From: a virus
Taxonomy: Duplodnaviria > Caudoviricetes
Reading direction: 5' to 3' (one strand)
DNA length: 44,573 nucleotides
IMG/VR virus record: IMGVR_UViG_3300010293_000008
Coordinates: 1-44,573 of that record
Of this stretch, positions 37,862 to 44,573 are shown in pieces (the stretch's first letter is position 1; every line of letters begins with the position of its first letter). Position numbers and translations under genes: made by a program. The notes beneath the pieces were generated by a model that saw only the letters and a program-made list of their open reading frames with translations, was not told where the DNA came from and did no database searches.

Positions 37862-38407
37862 TTAGGCGGTACGCGCGATGAGCGCGAATTCGAGCGCCGG
37901 CGTGGCTTCGTCGTTGGTGACTTGGATGATCAATCCGTCTTCGGTCGAAACGCCGCCGAGGAACAGACCGAGGTCATACAAGTCAATCTCGTAGAGTTTC
38001 GTGCCGGAGGTGAAGCCGCCGGTGGCGGCCCATTCGACAACTTGGTCGGGGATGCCGTACTTCGTCGATCCTTTGATGACGAACTTGTGCTTGACCGTTC
38101 CGGTCGACGCGACGCCGGTTCTGCGAACGAGCAGAATCAGTTTTTCGGTCGGGGGGAGTTGGTAGCCGAGTTTGCCTTCCGTGTTGGTCGTCTTGGATCC
38201 GCCGAGGTCCGAGGAAACGTCGGTCGTGGAATGACGGAAGAATCCAGCGGACTTCAGCGCGGAGTAGTTCGCGATGTCGACGAACGGGTAACGACGCGGA
38301 ATGCGGAAGTAGTCGTTCGCGGCCGCAGCCTTGGCGAACGTGATTTCGGCGGAAACGCCGCGAACAGCGGGCCGATGGATGGTGAGCGGAATGTTCTTGG
38401 TTGCCAT
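37862..38407 (-). CDS. putative capsid decoration/minor head protein
   Basis: Directly after the capsid gene, same strong codon bias, before the terminator. Confidence 0.6.
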   Translation of the reverse strand: MATKNIPLTIHRPAVRGVSAEITFAKAAAANDYFRIPRRYPFVDIANYSALKSAGFFRHSTTDVSSDLGGSKTTNTEGKLGYQLPPTEKLILLVRRTGVASTGTVKHKFVIKGSTKYGIPDQVVEWAATGGFTSGTKLYEIDLYDLGLFLGGVSTEDGLIIQVTNDEATPALEFALIARTA

Positions 38408-38437
38408 GATTTTTTACCGTCCTTTTCTCAATTTCTC

Positions 38438-39370
38438 TTACGAGCGCGTCGGCAGAGTCGGGTTCGCTTTGTAGTACAGCGGAACGCGATACAGCCGCGT
38501 CGGGTAGAGATTGAAGAAGTCGTAGTATTCGACGGTTTGGTATCCCTTGCCGCCGAGAAGAATCTCGGTGGGTTGAATGTCGTACGAAACGGTGTTCTTG
38601 TAAGGAACAACGTATTGCACGCCGTCGCGGGTTTTCCAAATCGCGTATTCCGCTTCGACTTGCTTCGAAGTGGAGTTGCGGGTGGTGATCGACGCAACTT
38701 GAATCTTGCGGACGTCGACGCCATCGACGATTCCAACCGCGCCGGAACGGAACGTTTCGTTCGCGTCGAGCGATGCGAACGGAAGTTTCGTGTCGCGAAG
38801 GACGTTTTCGAACCGTTCGGAGCAGAACAGTTTGAAGTCGGCCGGTTCCATGTTTTTGTCGACGGCGTGGGCCTTCAGAATGTCCAGAACTTGAAGAACG
38901 TTGTCCTTCGTGAGATAGCCGGTGGTCGACCACGAGAGAATGGTCGGGATGTCGATGGTCTGGGCGGCTGCCAGATCGAACGCGCACCATTCGGCAAGTT
39001 CCTTTTCCGCTTCGGTGGCCCATTTGTTGACGAGCATCTTGCGGACTTCGGAATCTTCGGCGGAAAGGCGGTCGATCAGTTTGCCGATGTTGGTCTGACC
39101 CCAGTGGGAATACCGGCCCTTGTCGATCGACACGCGTTTCGTGGACGCTTTGACGAATTCGATGGCGGCGGGTTTCAGTTCGCGTTCTTTCAGCGAGGTC
39201 AGATGAATGGAAATGTCGTGGTAGACGGGGATGTCCACTTCGCGCGTTTCGAGGTTGAATTCGCCTTCGAAACTATTGTCGCACGATTGAACAAGAACGG
39301 TCTTCGGGAGCCATTCCTTGTAGATCTTCGCGGACAACTGCGGGAGTTTTACAAATTCAGTGTTTGCCAT
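38438..39370 (-). CDS. major capsid protein (HK97 fold, P22-coat-like)
   Basis: 310 aa after the scaffold gene. FEGEF..VDIP and G.VGIVDGVDV motifs. Strong codon bias. Confidence 0.85.
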   Translation of the reverse strand: MANTEFVKLPQLSAKIYKEWLPKTVLVQSCDNSFEGEFNLETREVDIPVYHDISIHLTSLKERELKPAAIEFVKASTKRVSIDKGRYSHWGQTNIGKLIDRLSAEDSEVRKMLVNKWATEAEKELAEWCAFDLAAAQTIDIPTILSWSTTGYLTKDNVLQVLDILKAHAVDKNMEPADFKLFCSERFENVLRDTKLPFASLDANETFRSGAVGIVDGVDVRKIQVASITTRNSTSKQVEAEYAIWKTRDGVQYVVPYKNTVSYDIQPTEILLGGKGYQTVEYYDFFNLYPTRLYRVPLYYKANPTLPTRS

Positions 39371-39386
39371 GATTTACTCTCCGATC

Positions 39387-40130
39387 TTATTTTTTGGTTT
39401 TTTCGTGATAAGCGATTGAGCGTTCGAGTTTGTCCGATACTTTCGCGGCATCTTTTGGATTCATGAACGGAAGTTTTTGCGCCATTTTGATCATTTCTTC
39501 TTCCGAGTAAAAATCAGATGGCGTTCCGGCACCACGTGACGCCGACGATCCACTCGAACTTTCAGCCTTTTTGGCATAATTGCCCGCGATATCGTCTTTG
39601 CTCGAATTGCCGGTCTTCGCTCTAAATTCAAGATACGATTCGTACAGTTCGGTGAAATTCTTCTTGCCCAAAAGTTTTCCGTCAATGTATTCCTTGAACA
39701 ATGGATCAGCGTCCAGTTGTTTCAAGTCGACGTCCGGATGGGTTGCAACGAAATCGACCAGTTGCGTCTGCAGTTGCTTTTGCGGGTTTTTTCCGTCCTT
39801 TTCCGCCCTTGCCTTGTCCTCGGCTTCCTTCTTGGCCTTTTCTTCGGCTTCGGCCTTTGCTTTCGCTTCGGCTTCCGCTTTCTGTTTGGCTTCCTCGAAT
39901 TCCTTGGCTTTGACTTCCGCTTCCGCTTTGGCTTTGGCTTCCTCGTCGGCTTTCGCCTTTTTGTCTGCTTCTTCCTTTGCTTTCGCTTCCGCCTCGCGGC
40001 GCTTTCGCGCTTCTTCCGCGTCTTTGTTCTTTCGACGTTGTTCTTTTTCTTCTTCGGTCAACGTTTCGTCGACTTCATCCAACAAGTCACCGAAAAGATC
40101 AAGTTCATCGTCTTTGTTTACGTCTGACAT
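39387..40130 (-). CDS. capsid scaffolding protein
   Basis: Acidic N-terminus and EAKAKA low-complexity coil. Lies between portal and capsid genes. Confidence 0.75.
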   Translation of the reverse strand: MSDVNKDDELDLFGDLLDEVDETLTEEEKEQRRKNKDAEEARKRREAEAKAKEEADKKAKADEEAKAKAEAEVKAKEFEEAKQKAEAEAKAKAEAEEKAKKEAEDKARAEKDGKNPQKQLQTQLVDFVATHPDVDLKQLDADPLFKEYIDGKLLGKKNFTELYESYLEFRAKTGNSSKDDIAGNYAKKAESSSGSSASRGAGTPSDFYSEEEMIKMAQKLPFMNPKDAAKVSDKLERSIAYHEKTKK

Positions 40131-40203
40131 TTGTTCTCCCTTCTAACGCTCCGGTTAGCGACACTACCTTAACGATGGTAGCAGCACGACTTTTTCTGTA
40201 TTT

Positions 40204-40213
40204 ATTATACCAC
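40204..40213 (-). promoter_or_regulatory. extended -10 promoter (GTGGTATAAT)
   Basis: Intergenic, upstream of the scaffold-capsid operon. Confidence 0.7.
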
Positions 40214-40236
40214 GTTTCAAGCAAAATCAAGCGCTT

Positions 40237-42153
40237 CTATGCAGTTTTTTTCGAATTGATGATATTGAGAATGTTTTGCATATCGGCAGTCTGTTCGGTG
40301 TCTTTCTTCGTGGCTTCTTGAAGACGCTGGATAGCCTTTGCTGACACTTCGGCTATCATCGACTTCAGATTTTCGTTTTCGCGAATTACGACGTCGATAT
40401 TCTTTCGGTCCTCTTGCGTTTGTTTGTAAGCCTCGGCCATTTGTTTCATGATTTCGACCATTTGTTTCTTTTCTTCTTCGAGTTTCTTGATTTGAACAAG
40501 CGAGTTGTTCTTGGCAATCTTCAACAGTTCTTGTTTGTTTGAAATGTATCCATCTGGCAAAAGCGTGATGTAAGCCTCTGGAGGAAGTTGTCCGGACTGG
40601 ACCATCATGCCCATCATTTCCATGTTGTTGTATTCCGAGAACGACAGCGCTGAACCGACCTTGATCGTGATCATGACTTCATCTTCCAAATAGTCCGTTC
40701 CGTCGAACTTGTCGTCACCCATATAGGAACGAACATTGTCTTCTTCGAATCCGTGTTCGGTCATGGTGAATGATTCATTGTCATAGAAGAACTTGGCGAA
40801 CAAGAAAATGATTTCCGCTTGGTCTTTCTTGAACTGGTTGAACATCATTGCGTTGTCAGACGCGTTTTCCTTCGCACGTTCGAGAAGCATTTGCGTTTGT
40901 TTTCCGCTTTGTCCGGAATAGTCCGCTTGTCCGAGTTGAACATTGGATGCACCGGCGATTTGGCGTGAAATGCCCAACAGCGCTTGCGAATACTCGTGTG
41001 AACCTTGCGGCGGGTTCGCGACCGGCAGCCGTGCGAGAATAGCCGAAAGTTGTTCATTCGGCATCGAATTGATCCCAATCATGTTTCCATTTTCGGCAGT
41101 CAATTCATTCGGATCAACCGCACCTATTCGATACATCCATCCACCCAAAACGTTGTCTTGCAACGCCTTGTCATAGACAGAAAAATGGTTGTTGATCGAT
41201 TTCTGCGCTTCGATATATTCGATCGTGACCGGCATACCATAGAAGCAGTTGTCGAGTTCGTTCAAAGCAAGGCGGCAAAACGGATACAAGTTCCAAATAT
41301 GCTTGGAACGGTCTTTTGGCTCTGAGTCTTTCCTTGCTTTTTCGTCGAAAATGCTTGTTGAACTTTCTTGTTCGGTCGGGTCTTTCTTTTCCGGCTTTTC
41401 ATAGAACGGATTGATCGGCGTCGGGTTCTTCAATATGCACGTTTCGGTCACGACAACAAAGAATACCTCACCTTGTTCGTCACGATAAAACTTGGTATAC
41501 ACATCGACAAGTTCTTCGTCGACGTTTCGTGCGACCGGTACTTTTTCGGTTCCGCCGGTATAGTTGTTTGCGCTCGGAACGATGTTTTTTTCCTTGCCAT
41601 ATCTCGCCTTGAGTGCGCCGACCTTTTCTTGCGTGACAAAAATGACCCATTCTTGATCTTGAATGTTCTGCAAATAAGGATTCGCAACGGCAAACTTGCG
41701 GATGTCGACCATTTCATAACGCATTTGTCCACCGGAACGACGCATGAATCCGTGTTTTTGCGCATCCCAGTAAAAGTACCCGATAGCCGTTCCCTTCAAG
41801 TAATCGTCGTTCAAGGCTTTCAAGTCCTTGGACCGAATATCGTTGATATCGGCAAGATACTTCAAAAAGTCTTGAATCTTACGAACGGACTTGAAGTTCG
41901 TTGAGTTCACGAGGTAACTATATTCGTTTTGCATGACGCTCGACTTGCGAACCTTCCCGATTTGCTTGATGATGTTCAAGGTGATTTTCGGATAGTCCGC
42001 AATGTCCTCGTCCATGCTCCATTGCTTACCATTTTCGAACTTCACGCTTCGTTCGATCCCTTTCAGAAGTTCAATGTTCTGTTTGAACGACCGGTCATTA
42101 TCGAACTGTTCCTTGATTTCCAGAAATAATTCGTTCGATTGTTCTTCAGCCAT
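40237..42153 (-). CDS. portal protein (P22-like)
   Basis: 638 aa after TerL. F.NGKQW, ITLNII, YPF, FYG..., Q..IN, SG motifs and a C-terminal coiled-coil barrel. Confidence 0.85.
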   Translation of the reverse strand: MAEEQSNELFLEIKEQFDNDRSFKQNIELLKGIERSVKFENGKQWSMDEDIADYPKITLNIIKQIGKVRKSSVMQNEYSYLVNSTNFKSVRKIQDFLKYLADINDIRSKDLKALNDDYLKGTAIGYFYWDAQKHGFMRRSGGQMRYEMVDIRKFAVANPYLQNIQDQEWVIFVTQEKVGALKARYGKEKNIVPSANNYTGGTEKVPVARNVDEELVDVYTKFYRDEQGEVFFVVVTETCILKNPTPINPFYEKPEKKDPTEQESSTSIFDEKARKDSEPKDRSKHIWNLYPFCRLALNELDNCFYGMPVTIEYIEAQKSINNHFSVYDKALQDNVLGGWMYRIGAVDPNELTAENGNMIGINSMPNEQLSAILARLPVANPPQGSHEYSQALLGISRQIAGASNVQLGQADYSGQSGKQTQMLLERAKENASDNAMMFNQFKKDQAEIIFLFAKFFYDNESFTMTEHGFEEDNVRSYMGDDKFDGTDYLEDEVMITIKVGSALSFSEYNNMEMMGMMVQSGQLPPEAYITLLPDGYISNKQELLKIAKNNSLVQIKKLEEEKKQMVEIMKQMAEAYKQTQEDRKNIDVVIRENENLKSMIAEVSAKAIQRLQEATKKDTEQTADMQNILNIINSKKTA

Positions 42154-42382
42154 TGACCTTTACCTCACTATCCACCGGTTCGCCACGAAGCCATTTTCGA
42201 AGCGACGCTGTTTCAGCGGCTTTCTTGGCAACCTTTACGTTATTTTTTGCTTCTTCCAAATCTTTTTCCAAAGTATTGACTTTGGTGGTCAGTCCGTCGA
42301 CGCGTGCATGGAGTCCTTTGATCCTTTCATCGTATTCTCGAAATTGTTCTGCGAATACCTTGCGTAACCATCGTTTAAGCAT
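42146..42382 (-). CDS. small coiled-coil protein
   Basis: Overlaps both terL and the portal gene. Confidence 0.7.
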   Translation of the reverse strand: MLKRWLRKVFAEQFREYDERIKGLHARVDGLTTKVNTLEKDLEEAKNNVKVAKKAAETASLRKWLRGEPVDSEVKVNG

Positions 42383-44144
42383 TGTTGTTGTACAACCCCT
42401 TTCGAATCAATGTCTTTTTTGGCTTTGGCGGAACTGCGAAAATCGAACCAGACGTTTGCTCAGACTTTTTCACGATGGCACGATTTTGTTTGGCTTGCAA
42501 ACTGTTCGAAACATACAAAGCGATAGCCGTTGCGATGATCACGTCGTCGTGATGGCCGGAAGACGCGCCCATGATTGATTTTTGGACGTCAAGCAACAGA
42601 TAATACTCCGCTTCGAACCAGAATTCCTTGTCTGGAAAGTTTTCCGGATGCGCATTCATGACCGAACGTAGATACGATATCATCGGCGGTTTTGACGCCG
42701 TTGTCGTTTTCCAACCGTATTCAATTCCACCGACGACTTTCACGTCTTGTCTTGCAACCGATTCCGTGATGAAGATATTCTTGTATCCCAGTTTAATGAT
42801 GTAGTTACAAATCTCGTGCGAATAGTTCGTTTCTGGCGCAATTAACGCATTGTTGTATTTCTTTGCTATCTCAACCGCTATTGCTGCAAGCATTTCTTCA
42901 GAAACGTTTTTCTTTTCGAATCGCGCCGCGACTTTCTTGGTCACGTTGTTGACCACGACGACTTGGTTCTTGTCCGCGCCCATACCGGCCGTATCAATCC
43001 CCAACGTATACGGCGATTGATAGGTCACTTCTTCAAGTAACAGATCCGTATCCACATAGATGTATTTTTGTTCTTCGTCGGACCAGACCGATTTCTTGGC
43101 GTAGTTCTTTTCAGTCCGATATTCCGGTTGTTCCCATACCATCAATCGTTCAAACACATCGACAGTCTTGAGTCTTTCCTTGGCGATCGGTTGTTTCGCG
43201 CTTGCGTATCCTTTGATAATCGTATCCGGATCGAATACCCCGCCGCCCGACGCTACGAACGCTTCTTCCGGCGTCATCGGATACTCTTGTGCGAAATACA
43301 TCTTGTTGCCTTGGTAGTCCGTATCAATCTTGGTTCTGCGCCAGTATAACTGGTCGTCCGTCAAGTTGAACTTTTCCTTTAAGACTTCTTCTTCGTCCGT
43401 CAGTTCGAAACCTTTCGGCGCCGGTTTCGTATACTCCGCATGGCCTTGCCATCCGAAGAAGAACGGCGTTTCGTCCGATTCCCCGCGCACGGCCCGATCC
43501 CATTTGTCCTTAAATGTATTGTATCCCTTGGCGGTACTTTCAACGACCTTGATCGTTCCCGACGTATCCGCAATGGTCGGGTTCAGCGAGTTGTTGATGG
43601 CTTCAATGTCGCCCTCCCAAAACGCATATTCCGACTCGTGTAGATACGTAAACGTTTGTCCGCGGTATACCCCGTCATTGACCGTCGCAAACTTAATCTT
43701 GCTATTGATCCCTTTCCCATTCTTCTTATCGAATGTAATCCCATCACCCGAAAACTGCGTTGTTGACGGTTGCAATTCCGTTGGCATGTTGTTGTAAAAT
43801 ACCTTACATTTCTGAAAGATACTTTCAGACGAGTCGAATCTGTGCGCCACGATTCCATACGACGTGTTTTTATGCATCGCAGCATACCAAAAACCCAGCG
43901 CCGCGAAAAAGGTAGTTGCTCCAATTTGCCGCGCTTTCAACAGTATAATCCGTATCGGCAAATCGTTCGCCATGCAGAATTCCACGTGTTCCAACATTAC
44001 CGACTGCTCATTGTTTAATTTGAATTTCACTAATCGTGAGTTCTTGTCAACAATGTATAGTAGGTTTTCTATGAACCATCTTGGGCTGAATAGCGTTTCC
44101 TTATAATTCGGTGCGCTGAGTGGGTTGTTATTTCTCGCCGTCAT
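42375..44144 (-). CDS. terL: terminase large subunit
   Basis: Walker A LKARQIGAT, Walker B YLHESE, ESTA coupling motif, nuclease GIDTA and HHDDVIIA. Confidence 0.93.
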   Translation of the reverse strand: MTARNNNPLSAPNYKETLFSPRWFIENLLYIVDKNSRLVKFKLNNEQSVMLEHVEFCMANDLPIRIILLKARQIGATTFFAALGFWYAAMHKNTSYGIVAHRFDSSESIFQKCKVFYNNMPTELQPSTTQFSGDGITFDKKNGKGINSKIKFATVNDGVYRGQTFTYLHESEYAFWEGDIEAINNSLNPTIADTSGTIKVVESTAKGYNTFKDKWDRAVRGESDETPFFFGWQGHAEYTKPAPKGFELTDEEEVLKEKFNLTDDQLYWRRTKIDTDYQGNKMYFAQEYPMTPEEAFVASGGGVFDPDTIIKGYASAKQPIAKERLKTVDVFERLMVWEQPEYRTEKNYAKKSVWSDEEQKYIYVDTDLLLEEVTYQSPYTLGIDTAGMGADKNQVVVVNNVTKKVAARFEKKNVSEEMLAAIAVEIAKKYNNALIAPETNYSHEICNYIIKLGYKNIFITESVARQDVKVVGGIEYGWKTTTASKPPMISYLRSVMNAHPENFPDKEFWFEAEYYLLLDVQKSIMGASSGHHDDVIIATAIALYVSNSLQAKQNRAIVKKSEQTSGSIFAVPPKPKKTLIRKGLYNNNA

Positions 44145-44487
44145 TCTCTCTGATCACATCGTCAATCGTCTTGACGTTCAGATCCAACACGTCGCGTTTT
44201 TGATATCTCTTGTTCGTGCGTTCCAACACGAATTTTGCATCCGTTGTATCCCCTTGCTCCAGTTTCTTGAATACCACTTCCAAAAATGCCATCTCAACAT
44301 CCGTTGCGACCTTTTCCGCCGCTTTGTCGTAGCATTCCTTCAGATAACTGTCTTCCTCGATTTCATTCAGAAATTCAATCGTCGTAAGTCCGATTTGCTT
44401 CGCAATTTCCGGATCAGTCTTTCCGCACGATTTCATTACCACGATCGTCTTCAAGTTCTGCACGACCACGATATTGTTCTTGCCCAT
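44128..44487 (-). CDS. terS: terminase small subunit
   Basis: HTH-like GKTDPEIAKQIGL, GDTTDAKFVLER. Overlaps terL. Confidence 0.75.
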   Translation of the reverse strand: MGKNNIVVVQNLKTIVVMKSCGKTDPEIAKQIGLTTIEFLNEIEEDSYLKECYDKAAEKVATDVEMAFLEVVFKKLEQGDTTDAKFVLERTNKRYQKRDVLDLNVKTIDDVIRENDGEK

Positions 44488-44504
44488 GCTATCACCTCTT
44501 TTTT

Positions 44505-44514
44505 ATTATACCAC
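44505..44514 (-). promoter_or_regulatory. extended -10 promoter (GTGGTATAAT)
   Basis: Upstream of the terS RBS (GAGGTG). Confidence 0.65.
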
Positions 44515-44573
44515 CTTTTCTTGTTTTTTATCCCGTTTTTGCGAAAATTGCAGAAATCAAAAATGGAAGTACC

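Noticed and set aside
37922-39466. 514-aa plus-strand ORF and 346-aa alternative-frame ORF (37983-39023) suggesting a capsid frameshift extension
   Set aside because: Explained by strong codon bias. The capsid and downstream genes have their own stop and RBS, and the alternative frame is Arg/His-rich and not protein-like.
39800-40020. GCTTCG/GCTTT repeats in the scaffold gene as a DNA repeat element
   Set aside because: They simply encode the low-complexity EAKAKA coil.
1-44573. Alternative genetic code or stop-codon reassignment
   Set aside because: Genes are full length and tightly packed in the standard code, and TGA, TAA and TAG all end genes.
1-44573. Terminal repeats or circular completeness
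   Set aside because: The two ends share no visible sequence and the first ORF seems truncated.

Overview
This window looks like most of a tailed dsDNA phage genome of podovirus type, read in the standard genetic code, with Bacillota-like GGAGG ribosome sites and sigma-A promoters. It has two convergent arms that meet at a bidirectional terminator near 14160. The + arm (1-14162) holds replication, recombination and counter-defence genes: two DNA methyltransferases, an SNF2 helicase, a MazG-like protein, an SSB, a Tad1-like signal sponge, a Sak-type annealase, a Cas4-like nuclease, a primase-VirE helicase, a PemK/MazF-like ORF and a VRR-NUC nuclease. The - arm (44487-14175) holds terminases, portal, scaffold, capsid, tail and fibre genes, a cluster of four membrane proteins, and a 3881-aa polyvalent protein that is probably ejected with the DNA. 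I recognised no DNA polymerase, integrase, endolysin, tRNA or CRISPR array, and the ends do not overlap, so the genome may be incomplete. The most notable signals are: an ORF resembling a stand-alone EF-Tu domain II; four membrane proteins where lysis genes are expected, with no murein hydrolase, which hints at a wall-less host; the enzyme cargo of the giant protein; Tad1; and an apparent total absence of AGCT and CTAG with near-absence of CCTG/CAGG. All family assignments come from motif recognition by eye, not database searches.
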